Source: an uncultured Pseudomonadota bacterium (GTDB lineage: Bacteria > Oederibacteriota > Muellerivitia > Muellerivitales > Muellerivitaceae). From it: a stretch of DNA of 64,000 nucleotides. The stretch spans positions 32,001-96,000 of the forward strand of contig CAWJKT010000010.1 of NCBI GenBank assembly GCA_963843375.1, written 5' to 3'. The notes below the pieces were generated by a model. It was not told the origin of the DNA and searched no databases. It saw only the letters and a list, made by a program, of their open reading frames with translations. The position numbers and the translations under genes are program-made. Shown here piece by piece: positions 48,811 to 58,940 of this stretch (the first letter of the stretch is position 1; every line of letters starts with the position of its first letter).

Positions 48811-50133
48811 ATGAAAGCCGCGTCCTTACCGGAAAGTTTTTTCAAGTTGACAAGCCAGATTACCCGTTGGTTTCCAAAAAAGGGGGCGAAAGCCCTGAAT
48901 AATGTTCTTTTTCCAATCCTGGGTAATCAATGGCTGGTGGATTCCTTTCGAAGGGCCAACCAAAAGAAGTTAAAAAAACTATCCTCTTTCAACCATCTTT
49001 TGGTGATTTCGGACATCCATATCGGTGATGCGGTTTTGATCCAAACGGCGGTTTCAGCCCTGCGGGATTTTTTTCCGAGTGCCCGGATCGATTATATGAT
49101 TAAAAAATCCGCTTCCTGTCTCTTGGAAGGCCATCCGGAAATCTCGGAGTTGTGGCCAGTTTTCATAGGGGCCCGGTTTCCTATCGAATCGGACATTCAA
49201 AACGTCCAAGAAATGTCGGTGGAGTATGACGCGGTTTTTAATTTTAGTCCCTTTCTCAATGCGAATTGCTTTCCGGAAGGATCGAACGTTTTTCATTTCA
49301 TGACTTACGCAGCCGATTTCGCCCAGAATGAATGGAAAGGAACGGGGATTAACCATATTTCCTATCAAGTCCATAGGTTTATTTATGATTTGTTTCATCC
49401 CTTGTTCTCGCTTAACAGGGCCCGCCAGTTTGAAGGCCCGGCTTTATTTCTTTCACCGCAGGCCATTGGGGAAGCCCGAGACTTCATTGAACAAACAACC
49501 GGTTCGGAAATGAAACCGATTGTTTTTTTGAATCCGGAAACAGCATCCCCCTTTACCCAGATTCCCATGATTTATCAACGGGAGCTTCTTCAGGGATTGT
49601 TGGAATTACCTTGCCGAATTCTCGTGGGGGAGGGGCATGTCCATCGGGAACTAACGGAACAACTACAGTTCTCGGTCCCAATTTGGCAAAGGAAGCGAAT
49701 CGCAATTGTTCCTGCTAGCATGTCCTTGGATGCCTATGCGGCCCTTATTGATTGGAGCAATATCTTCGTTTCAGGGGATACGGGTCCATTGCACATGGCC
49801 GCTGCTTGGAAAAAAGATCGAAGTGGACAATATTCCTTTCGAAACCAGACCTCAGTCCTTAGCGTCTTTGGGGCGACTCCCCCGAGATTGTCGGGATATG
49901 ATTCCTTCCGTTGGGAATTTTTGGAAGCGGAACAAAAAGCTTGGTCCCATGTCTATCAATCCGAAAGTTCCTGCCGAAACATAACTTGCATGCATAAAAT
50001 GGGAAAAGCCTGTAACGCCAAAGGTTGCTTTCAGTCCCTGGACACGGAAAAAATTCTTTCCGATATCAAAGACATTCTCCAAGAGCTATCGTTATCTTCT
50101 TCGAAAATGGAAAGCGTCTCTTCGAAAACATGA
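48811..50133 (+). CDS. Glycosyltransferase family 9
   Basis: HIGDAVL..SALRDFFPSARI, SGDTGPLHMAAA, VFGAT. Confidence 0.88.
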   Translation: MKAASLPESFFKLTSQITRWFPKKGAKALNNVLFPILGNQWLVDSFRRANQKKLKKLSSFNHLLVISDIHIGDAVLIQTAVSALRDFFPSARIDYMIKKSASCLLEGHPEISELWPVFIGARFPIESDIQNVQEMSVEYDAVFNFSPFLNANCFPEGSNVFHFMTYAADFAQNEWKGTGINHISYQVHRFIYDLFHPLFSLNRARQFEGPALFLSPQAIGEARDFIEQTTGSEMKPIVFLNPETASPFTQIPMIYQRELLQGLLELPCRILVGEGHVHRELTEQLQFSVPIWQRKRIAIVPASMSLDAYAALIDWSNIFVSGDTGPLHMAAAWKKDRSGQYSFRNQTSVLSVFGATPPRLSGYDSFRWEFLEAEQKAWSHVYQSESSCRNITCMHKMGKACNAKGCFQSLDTEKILSDIKDILQELSLSSSKMESVSSKT

Positions 50134-50149
50134 CATCTGGAACTTCGGT

Positions 50150-52740
50150 TTAATCTCGCTTTTGGATGACGGGGATGGGGTATTGGCCAGGTGACTTCCT
50201 TAAAAAAGCGGAAGAGCCTTCTGCCTGTTGTTTTATCTCACGGCGACTCTGCATCAAGGCCCATCCAATGAAACCCAGACATAGGATTATCGCAAGGAAG
50301 CCCTGCGTTTTGGCTTCGGGACCCAAGCTGGCCGCTTGAAGGTTATGGTTCATCACGAACCCCAAGCTTAATAAAGCTACCATGTTCATGACCTTTAACA
50401 GGGGGTTCAAAGCGGGGCCTGCTGTGTCTTTAAGAGGATCCCCACCGTGTCGCCGGTAACAGCAGCCTTATGGGCTTCAGATCCTTTTCCCCCATGATGA
50501 CCATCCTCAATCAACTTTTTTGCGTTATCCCAGGCTCCCCCGGCGTTAGACATGAAGACGGCCAGAAGCTGGCCGCAAAGGATGGCTCCGGCCAAAAAAC
50601 CTCCTAAAGCGTATGGCCCCAAGATAAGCCCTACCGCGAGGGGGGTAAAAACTGCCAGGGCGGCTGGACCCACCAGTTCCATTTGGGCTGTGCGGGTGCA
50701 GATATCCACGACCCGCCCGTAATCGGGCTTCTTTTTTCCTGACCAGACCAGCTTATCCATGAATTGAAGACGACATTCTTCTACGATATCGGCCGCAGCC
50801 CTCCCGACCGCTCTGATGAGCATGGAACTGAAAAGGAAGGGAATAGCTCCTCCGATCATGAAGCCTATGAAAACCACGGGATAGGCTGGTGAAAGTTTTC
50901 CTGCTTCGATCAAGTAGGTAGCCGCGGACATCTGGGGAATCTTGTCCTCGCTGCCGACGGCTATGACGGCGATAAAACTGGCGAAAAGGGAAACCGCTGC
51001 GATAACCGCCGAACCGATGGCGATACCCTTGGTTTCGGCCTTGGTAGTATTGCCTACGGCGTCCAAATCAGCAAGAATTCGACGGGCGCTTTGATAACTC
51101 CCCCGTTTTTCCTTTTCCATTTCGATACGGTTGTAACCCATTTCCCCGATACCATTGGCGTTATCGGCGATGGGGCCGAAGGCATCCATGGAAATAGTAT
51201 TCCCGGACAAGGTGAGCATTCCGATCCCTGTCATGGAAATACCGAAAGCGACGAAAATGGGAGGGGCCCCTGAATAGCAAAGAACCGATAGAAAAATAGC
51301 CGCACCGATAACAGCGATCGCCGCCACGGAACTTTCATAGCCGATGGCCAGGCCCTGGATGATGTTGGTTGCATGGCCGGTCTCACAGGCCTTGGCCAGG
51401 GATTTCACGGGGGAATGTTCGGTGTGGGTATAATAACTTGTCACCTTGTTGAGGGTTAGTGCCAGCAAAATGCCAATGAGGCAAGTGAGCATGGGCCGAA
51501 GGTCCAACCCCCCCTGGCCCAAAGTGAGCCACCAGGACAGATGGCTAGGTTGACCCTCGGGAAAACCCGCCAAAGCCACCGGATTCTGGGACAGATAAAG
51601 CGGATTGAAACGAAGGTAGAAATAACCCAAGGTAATAATACCAAGTACTGAAATAAACGAACCTACCCAATATCCCCGATGAATGCTTCGAAGGGCCATG
51701 CCCGAAGAATCGCCCTCCCGTGCTCTCACCACGAAAGTGCTCAGAATCGATCCAAGTACTCCTGTACCCCTCACCAAAAGAGGGAAGAGAACGCCGATGT
51801 GACCGAATGAGGCCAGTCCCAGGATCATGGCTGCCACGATGGTCACCTCGTAGCTCTCAAATACGTCGGCGGCCATTCCAGCACAATCCCCGACGTTATC
51901 CCCGACCAAGTCGGCGATAGTGGCTGCGTTGCGGGGATCGTCCTCAGGAATACCTTTTTCGATTTTACCTACCAAGTCCGCTCCAACATCCGCGCCTTTT
52001 GTATAAATGCCCCCGCCCACTCGCATAAAGAGAGCCAAAAGCGTGCCTCCAAAACCGAAACCCAGGAGAGCTTCATAAGATCGTTCGCCGTAAATTAAGA
52101 ATATGACCGTGCATCCGATAAGCCCCAAGCTGTCTAAAAGCATGCCGGTTATCTTTCCGGTTCGATAACCCAAACGGAGAGCCTCCGCATAGCTCTTGGT
52201 CGCCGCCGCGGCCACCCGGAGGTTGCCCTTAGTGGCGAAATGCATGCCGACGTAACCGATGGTCCAACTAAAAAGGGACCCCATGAGGAAAGCTGCGGCT
52301 CTTCCATAGGCGAAGGCGGGCTCATTTCCTGAGTAACTAAAGTAAAGGAGCACCGTCAGAAGAATGATAAAAAGGCTCAAACGTTGAAACTGGGCTCCCA
52401 AGTAGGCCTGGGAGCCTTCTTTAATGGCTGCGGCAATGGATTTCATTTTATCCGTTCCGCTTTCTGCCGAATTAACTTGTCCAATCAGAAACCATGCGAA
52501 GAGAAGACCAACCAAGGTCAGTCCCAAAACGGATAAGAGGGCAACAATCTCCAAGGAACTGTACCGGGGATCGGTAAAAAGGGAGAATGGTTGAAAACCT
52601 CCATTAGGTCCACTCGTTTGGGCCTGATTGAAGCCTAAAAGACGAAGGGGATGAAGGAATAGGGCGCAGCCTAATATAATTGGTCCTAAATATGCACTTG
52701 AATAAGAAAATCGTTTTTTGGCCTTTTTGCTTGGTTTCAT
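50150..52740 (-). CDS. hppA: Membrane H+-translocating pyrophosphatase (frameshift ~50435)
   Basis: DVGADLVGKIE, EDDPRN, DNVGD, GPIADNA, GNTTKA, GGAWDNAKK. Confidence 0.93.
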
Positions 52741-52800
52741 TTTGCCCCCTGAAATTTCTTGTTCTGACCCGAAGTTTAAAACGAAGAGGGGGGATTGCGT

Positions 52801-52814
52801 ATGACGAAGATCAT
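52801..52814 (-). promoter_or_regulatory. ATGA-N6-TCAT box
   Basis: ATGACGAAGATCAT; TAAACT 22 nt away on the minus strand. Confidence 0.85.
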
Positions 52815-52937
52815 CATTCAAGGGGAAACCGAAAATCTTGGACTGGAAAGCTTAAATTACCGCAAAAACTCCAAGGGTATCTTCGGAAACTTAACTTATC
52901 TTCAATGAGTTACCAGGATTTAGACAAGTTCGGAGAA

Positions 52938-53723
52938 TCATGAAACCTTGCGCCTGTTGAAGTTTTTAGACATTCGGATGGTATTTTGGATAATTCGATT
53001 ACGGCCCTTTTCCTTTGCCTCGTAAAGGGCCTGGTCTGCCAGGGCGATCAGTTGGCGGTAGTTTAAGCCCGAACTCTCGTAACTTGTCACGACACCTAAG
53101 CTGACTGTCAATTGGACCCGGTGATTATTTTGCACAAAAAGGTGCCTTTGTGTGGCTTTGCGGATCCGTTCGGCGACGATTCGCCCCTGAACCTGATCAC
53201 AATTGGGAAGGATGCAAAGAAATTCTTCCCCGCCGTAGCGGGCCACTGTGTCCCCTTCCCGAAGACATCGTCGAAAAATCATAGCAAAATGTTTTAAGAC
53301 GTAATCTCCGAAAGGATGACCATAAGTGTCATTGATTCTTTTGAAGTGATCCAGGTCCAGCATGAAGCAGGAGATAGGAAGGCGATTGGTGAGGTGGCGC
53401 CTAAACTCGATTTTGAAGGTGTCGTGAAGATAGCGGTGATTGCCCAAGCCGGTTAAGGGGTCAGTCAATACTTCTTTGGATAATACCGCGTCTTTTCGAA
53501 TGAGATGGTCCTCGCTTCGTCCGATGAAAAAACCAAAAATGGCGAAAACCAAGCATGTGTTAATGAGCATGTAAAGATAGAAATAATAATGGAGCGTCCA
53601 TTCTTGTGCGAGGAAAGTCGCAAAGGGAGTAGCGGAAAATAAAAATCTTGGAATAAATATTCCAAGTGGGGCGCCTGTACCGAGCAATAATCCAAAGAGG
53701 GTGAATAAATAGGACTTTTTCAT
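52938..53723 (-). CDS. Membrane diguanylate cyclase (GGDEF)
   Basis: Two TM helices, DPLTGLGN, DLDHFK, REGD I-site, RYGGEEF. Confidence 0.93.
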   Translation of the reverse strand: MKKSYLFTLFGLLLGTGAPLGIFIPRFLFSATPFATFLAQEWTLHYYFYLYMLINTCLVFAIFGFFIGRSEDHLIRKDAVLSKEVLTDPLTGLGNHRYLHDTFKIEFRRHLTNRLPISCFMLDLDHFKRINDTYGHPFGDYVLKHFAMIFRRCLREGDTVARYGGEEFLCILPNCDQVQGRIVAERIRKATQRHLFVQNNHRVQLTVSLGVVTSYESSGLNYRQLIALADQALYEAKEKGRNRIIQNTIRMSKNFNRRKVS

Positions 53724-53768
53724 ATATCCCCCTTTTAATTATTTTTCATCATTCGGGGGAATATTTAA

Positions 53769-53782
53769 ATGACAATCATCAT
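53769..53782 (-). promoter_or_regulatory. ATGA-N6-TCAT box
   Basis: ATGACAATCATCAT; AAAAAT 22 nt away on the minus strand. Confidence 0.75.
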
Positions 53783-54085
53783 ATGAAAGGGGTTAAAACC
53801 GGAAATCCATCAACGCTCATGCTGGGTTGCCGGGAAAGCCCCATATCTATTGCCTTTTTCAAGTCAAAGCCAGCTCGTAAGGTCCTTTTCTGGGTTACTT
53901 TTTCGGCTTCAATAGACGTGCGCTTTGGATTTTAATTTCTCAGGTTTTTCGAATTTTGCCCAGATTTTTGAAGAATTGTACCTGTTTTTCCCTTTTTAGG
54001 ATTTGGGCCCGAGTGCCTGGCTTGGAAAGTTTCCGGCTGCCATCCGAGGAATAAAGAATATATTTTCCTTTCCCTGTCCGTTTAA

Positions 54086-54607
54086 TCATGATCTTTGCCC
54101 CCCTTCGGGTTGGGTATCTTTATCAAAAGAGTCGACGGAAAAAGTGAGCAAGCGGCATAAAGCGGATTTTTCCTCGATGCCGATTACCCTTTCTAATTCC
54201 GGATAAAGAATCCGCTCTTCCCGAAGGGAATGGTGTTCAATGAACTTCTTGAAGTGGGCTTCATCATCCAAAAGAGAAATGACATCCTTGACGGCAGCCA
54301 CGAAATCCAATCGAGAAAGCCTTAATTTGATGCGGTTCAACCATTCATCGATTTTTTGGTGTTCCTGGATGAAAGTGTCGGGGTCCCCTCCGCGAATGGG
54401 GGCGACTCTTTTACTGTAAAGAGGCAAAAGGATTTCCTCCTCCTCTTTTAAATGACATCGGAGAGCTTCTTCATAGGTTTTAAGCAGACGAGTTGCGTTT
54501 GATCTTGTCGGTTTCAAAAGGGCCACTTGATGATGAAAGAACAACTCATCCAATTCCCGGTGGATATTACTTAAGTCCAATAGGCTTTTAGGAGGGGAAG
54601 GGATCAT
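54086..54607 (-). CDS. Hemerythrin (HHE) domain protein
   Basis: H..., HLKEEE..L, EH, HSLREERILYP. Confidence 0.85.
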   Translation of the reverse strand: MIPSPPKSLLDLSNIHRELDELFFHHQVALLKPTRSNATRLLKTYEEALRCHLKEEEEILLPLYSKRVAPIRGGDPDTFIQEHQKIDEWLNRIKLRLSRLDFVAAVKDVISLLDDEAHFKKFIEHHSLREERILYPELERVIGIEEKSALCRLLTFSVDSFDKDTQPEGGQRS

Positions 54608-54665
54608 GTTTATTCCTTATTTTTTTAAACCGTTTTTATGATAATTTTCAGTTTTCAGAATCCAT

Positions 54666-54679
54666 ATGACCGGTCTCAT
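54666..54679 (-). promoter_or_regulatory. ATGA-N6-TCAT box
   Basis: ATGACCGGTCTCAT; TATCAT 22 nt away on the minus strand. Confidence 0.85.
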
Positions 54680-54734
54680 AAAAAGGATAAAAGATGTGAG
54701 AGGCTTGGGTTGGAACTCGAAGTTTAAAAGGAAT

Positions 54735-55868
54735 CTAATTCAGCGTCTGCCGGAAACGCCCTGAACTGACCCAAACCATAAAGACCGCCATAGCATAGAG
54801 GATGCCCGCATAGGTGCAAAAGAGTCCCAGGTCCCCCCCCTTGAGCATAATATTTCTTAAAAGCGCCACGAAATACATCACCGGGTCCATGTAAGCGATA
54901 GGCTTCAATATCCAGGGCATATTCTCAATGGGGTAAATCAGGCCCGACAGCTGAATAGCCGGAAAGATAAACAAAAACCCAAACATCGATGATTGCTGCA
55001 TGTTGCGGACAAAACTGGAAAGAAGCACTCCCAAGCTCACGGTGTTAATCACAAAGCCTAGCGCACCCACAAACAGCATCCAAATGGGGCCCCGCATTGG
55101 AACATGAAACACCAACACCGCCACCGTTAGTACCAAAAACATGTCCACCATGCCAAAAATAACGTAAGGCACCGTTTTGCCCATCAAAATCTCAATCGGC
55201 TTGGCGGGCGAGGCTATCAGCGCCTCAAAGGTGCCCAACTCCTTTTCACGAGCGATGGAAGAACTGGTCAAGACTACCGTAATAATCACCAGTACCATGC
55301 AAAGAACACCCGGAACCATGAAAACAGACGTTTCCAATTCCGGATTGTAAAGATACCGTACCGAGAACTGAATGGGAGGGTTTGGTTGTTTTAAATGTGT
55401 GTGCTCCTCCAGCGCCTCTGCCACAATGGATTTCACATAGCCGTCGATGCTCTGGGCTTTCTCGATATTTTCCGCATCCACTAATAGCTGTACCCGGCCC
55501 TTGCCGATTTCCGTCGCCCTCGTTAAACCGCCCTCCGGAGCCATAAGTACCGCGTCCGCCCTCCCCGATTGAATCAAGTGAAAAGGATTGCTGTCATCCT
55601 TCGGGGCTGGAATAAACCAGCTCGATCCATAACAGCGATCCTCAATTTCCCGCATCAACACGTCATTAGGTTTGTAGACAAAAGAGATCTTGATGTTCCT
55701 CACATCGGTGGAAAGGGCAAAACCAAAGAGAATTAGTTGGATCATGGGCGCCACTAAAAGCAAAAAACGCATGCGGGTATCCCTCAAAGTCTGCACCAGT
55801 TCCTTCTTGATAAAACCTATCAGGGTGGGGTTCAATTTGAGCTTGAAATTCGGTAGTTTAAATTTCAT
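54735..55868 (-). CDS. ABC-2 permease (YbhR-like)
   Basis: KELVQTLRD, YNPEL, AREKELGTFE, LSGLIYPIENMP. Confidence 0.92.
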   Translation of the reverse strand: MKFKLPNFKLKLNPTLIGFIKKELVQTLRDTRMRFLLLVAPMIQLILFGFALSTDVRNIKISFVYKPNDVLMREIEDRCYGSSWFIPAPKDDSNPFHLIQSGRADAVLMAPEGGLTRATEIGKGRVQLLVDAENIEKAQSIDGYVKSIVAEALEEHTHLKQPNPPIQFSVRYLYNPELETSVFMVPGVLCMVLVIITVVLTSSSIAREKELGTFEALIASPAKPIEILMGKTVPYVIFGMVDMFLVLTVAVLVFHVPMRGPIWMLFVGALGFVINTVSLGVLLSSFVRNMQQSSMFGFLFIFPAIQLSGLIYPIENMPWILKPIAYMDPVMYFVALLRNIMLKGGDLGLFCTYAGILYAMAVFMVWVSSGRFRQTLN

Positions 55869-56983
55869 GGCTCCACATCCCTTTTAAAAAATCTTACCGC
55901 CATGTTGATAAACAAAATATCCATTCCCAGCAAAATCAACAGCGGCCATATCAGTTCCTCAATTCCTGCTCCCCTTAAAAACAAACCCCGCACCACCACC
56001 ATGTACCAGCGTGCGGGGAAGATCATGGTGAAATACTGAAAAAATATGGGCATGCTTTCCACTGGAAATACAAAGCCGGAAAGCATCATGGCGGGCAATT
56101 GCCCAAGGGTTTGGGAAAATTGAATGGCTGCGATTTGGTGTCGGGTGGTGACCGAAATAATCAGCCCTTGGGCCATGCAGGCCGTTAAAAAAAGCAGGGT
56201 GCCGATAAAAAGAAGGATATGACTACCCGCGAAAGGCACGCCAAAAAGAAGTCTGGCGGCAAGGTAAATAATGGTCTGTCCGATAAAACCCATCACTAAA
56301 TAGGGAAAAAGCTTACCTACGATAATTTCCGCTGGCGACACAGGTGTTGATAGCAACATCTCCATGGACCCGTTTTCCCATTCTCTCGCCACTGTCAGAG
56401 CGGTCAACATGATGCCCAAAATGGCCAAAACCACCACCGATAACCCTGGTACCGTAAACCACCTGCTGTTCAGTTCACCATTGAATAAATAACGGGTGAC
56501 GACACTCACGGGCTGGGACGCGGTCTGCCCGGTTATTTTTTGTATCGCTGCCATTTGAACACCCGAAAGGTAGCCGCCGATGACGCCGGCAGTGGAATTA
56601 TCCGATCCATCAATAAGCACTTGGGTCGTGACCGTTCCTTCCCGGTTCATGTCCCGCTCAAAATGAGGTTGTATGTATAAAACACCTCGGGCCTTTTGGG
56701 AGTCCAAAGTCTTGGCCATGTTTGCGTCCAGGTCCCGGAAATGAATGTTGAAATAACCCGAGGACTGAAAGGTTTCCGCCAGTTGGCGGGAAGAGCGGCT
56801 ATGGTCCAGGTCGTAAACTGTCAAGTCGATATCATGAACGTTAAAATCCATAGCATATCCGAAGAAAAGGACCATGAGCAAAGGTAGGCCGATGGCCAGC
56901 CCTAAGGTAAAAGGGTCTCTGACGATATGGCGAACTTCCTTGCGGGCGATGGAATAGGCCCGTCGAAAGCTAAACCCGTTCAT
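55865..56983 (-). CDS. ABC-2 permease (YbhS-like)
   Basis: KEVRHIVRD, DGSD, AREWENGSME, LSGFVFPVESMP. Confidence 0.92.
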   Translation of the reverse strand: MNGFSFRRAYSIARKEVRHIVRDPFTLGLAIGLPLLMVLFFGYAMDFNVHDIDLTVYDLDHSRSSRQLAETFQSSGYFNIHFRDLDANMAKTLDSQKARGVLYIQPHFERDMNREGTVTTQVLIDGSDNSTAGVIGGYLSGVQMAAIQKITGQTASQPVSVVTRYLFNGELNSRWFTVPGLSVVVLAILGIMLTALTVAREWENGSMEMLLSTPVSPAEIIVGKLFPYLVMGFIGQTIIYLAARLLFGVPFAGSHILLFIGTLLFLTACMAQGLIISVTTRHQIAAIQFSQTLGQLPAMMLSGFVFPVESMPIFFQYFTMIFPARWYMVVVRGLFLRGAGIEELIWPLLILLGMDILFINMAVRFFKRDVEP

Positions 56984-57011
56984 GAGGTACCCCTGGCAAA
57001 AAAATAATTTC

Positions 57012-57136
57012 ATCGCCAAGACACCCAAACGCCAAGAACTGTAAAATGAAAACCATAAATATATTTTTATGAAAAAACATAAAAACCAATATTGTTTTAA
57101 TAGATTGGTTTGATGCTCTTTTAGCATCTTGGCAAT
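57012..57136. repeat. Degenerate long inverted-repeat intergenic element
   Basis: ATCGCCAAGACACCCAAA ... TTTTAGCATCTTGGCAAT around an AT-rich core. Confidence 0.55.
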
Positions 57137-57154
57137 AGACACCTTGTTGAGTTT

Positions 57155-58072
57155 TCATTTTTTCTTTCCTTCCACCAGGCGTATAAAAACATCTTCCAGG
57201 GAAGGTTTAATTGGCTTATTCTCGAAATCGCCGGAAAAACGTTTCGCCGTTTTGTTCCAGGCCTGCGCATCGCTTACCACTATATGAAAACGCATACCAT
57301 AGGGGTTCACTTCCTCCACGGCCTTTTCCTTTTTTAACTTTTCTATCCAACCGCGTGAATGGGTTTTGGGGTTTATCTCAAAGATGGGCTCGTGAAAAGC
57401 TTTTTTCTTCAACTGGTCCGGGCTTCCAATGGCGATAATCGCTCCTTCCCTCATCAGGGCAATCCGACCGCACTGCTCTGCCTCATCCATATAGTGGGTG
57501 GTGACAAACACCGTTTTGCCTTTTTTCGACAAACCCTTGATGATGCTCCAAAAGCGTACGCGAAATACCGGAGATACACCCGCTGTGGGCTCATCCAAAA
57601 AAATAATCTCGGGGTCATGAAGCAGGGCCGCCACCAGGCTAACTTCCTGCCTCGTCCCGCCGCTTAGCTCCCTCACTAGACGTTTGGGGCTTTCTTTAAA
57701 GCGGATAAACTTCAGCCATTTTTCTTGCCGTTCAAGCTGGATTTTTTTGGGGATCTTGTGCAATGCAGCCGTAAAGTCCAGGTTTTCCTCTACTGTCATG
57801 TCCTGGTAAAGGGTAAATTTTTGGCTCATATAACCCACCTGTGCCTTTATTGCTTCCAGCCCCTTTTTCGGGTCGAGCCCCGCTACCCGCACCTCCCCCG
57901 AGGTGGGTATGAGGAGGCCGCATAAAACCCTTATGGTCGTGGTCTTGCCCGCCCCGTTGGCACCCAAAAAGCCAAATATTTCCCCGGGGTTTACGGAAAA
58001 GGAAATGTCATTGACCGCAATGAATGCGCCGAACTTAACGGTTAAGGTTTTCACTTCTACAGAGAAAGGCAT
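57155..58072 (-). CDS. ABC ATP-binding protein
   Basis: GANGAGKTT, LSGG, LDEPTAG, TTHYMDEAE. Confidence 0.95.
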   Translation of the reverse strand: MPFSVEVKTLTVKFGAFIAVNDISFSVNPGEIFGFLGANGAGKTTTIRVLCGLLIPTSGEVRVAGLDPKKGLEAIKAQVGYMSQKFTLYQDMTVEENLDFTAALHKIPKKIQLERQEKWLKFIRFKESPKRLVRELSGGTRQEVSLVAALLHDPEIIFLDEPTAGVSPVFRVRFWSIIKGLSKKGKTVFVTTHYMDEAEQCGRIALMREGAIIAIGSPDQLKKKAFHEPIFEINPKTHSRGWIEKLKKEKAVEEVNPYGMRFHIVVSDAQAWNKTAKRFSGDFENKPIKPSLEDVFIRLVEGKKK

Positions 58073-58830
58073 TACTTCACCGCCTTCTCGGTTTGAACAT
58101 CCAAATAGTCGTACTTCAAAAAGAGTTGCTCGAAACTCTTCACTTTTTCCTTAACCAAAATCTCTTGAGGATCGCCGCTACCCAGTAAGTTACCGCGCTC
58201 CATCACATGCACCTGGTCGCACCGCTCCGCTTCATCCATGTAAGCGGTAGTAATGACTATCAAAATGCCATCGTCCCGAAGCCGGTAAAGCAGTTCCCAA
58301 AATTCCCGCCGACTGATGGGGTCTACTCCCGTGGTAGGCTCGTCCAGCAATACCAGTTCAGGGCTTCTCAACAGCGCACACATGAGTCCCAGTTTTTTAT
58401 ACATGCCGCCTGAAAGTTGTCCCGCGGGTCTTTCCTGGAAAGCTTCCATGCGAGTGATGTGCAACAGTTCCTGGCGTCGGGCCTTGTAAATGTTGTCGGG
58501 GATTTGGTAGAGATCACGGAAAAAATCCAGATGTTCGCCCACCGAAAGGTCGGCGTAAAGGCTTTGTAACTGGGGCATATAAGCCATCATCGGTCGGATT
58601 TTTTCAAAGGCCATTGGTTTGCCATTGTTTAGATAGGTTACCTTGCCCTCGGTAGGTTTGAGCAGGCCCATGATGATACGCAACATGGTGGTTTTGCCCG
58701 AACCTTCCGGGCCGATCAGCCCGTGCAGCATGGCGGGTTTAAAGAAAATGCTCACGCCCTTAATGGCGCTGTTGTGCCCCATTTGCTTGACGATTTTTTC
58801 AGCCTCAATGCCGATCTTTGGATTTTTCGT
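58072..58830 (-). CDS. ABC ATP-binding protein (start uncertain)
   Basis: GPEGSGKTT, LSGG, LDEPTTGVDP; the frame is open back to ACG at 58830, after a GGAAGG SD. Confidence 0.9.
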   Translation of the reverse strand, partial: TKNPKIGIEAEKIVKQMGHNSAIKGVSIFFKPAMLHGLIGPEGSGKTTMLRIIMGLLKPTEGKVTYLNNGKPMAFEKIRPMMAYMPQLQSLYADLSVGEHLDFFRDLYQIPDNIYKARRQELLHITRMEAFQERPAGQLSGGMYKKLGLMCALLRSPELVLLDEPTTGVDPISRREFWELLYRLRDDGILIVITTAYMDEAERCDQVHVMERGNLLGSGDPQEILVKEKVKSFEQLFLKYDYLDVQTEKAVK

Positions 58831-58843
58831 AAAACACCTTCCT

Positions 58844-58931
58844 TACCACAGAGACATGGAGGCACGAAGAACTGCAAAAATCCTATAATCTGAAGAATTT
58901 TATTTCCTTGGGTCCCTGGACTCTGTTGTGA
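58844..58931. repeat. Degenerate long inverted-repeat intergenic element
   Basis: TACCACAGAGACATGGAG ... TCCCTGGACTCTGTTGTGA. Confidence 0.55.
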
Positions 58932-58940
58932 TTTCCTATT

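Noticed and set aside
53845..53920. c-di-GMP riboswitch upstream of the GGDEF gene (CTATTG..CAATAG pairing)
   Set aside because: Class I and class II conserved cores are not seen, and the predicted GGDEF promoter lies downstream of it.
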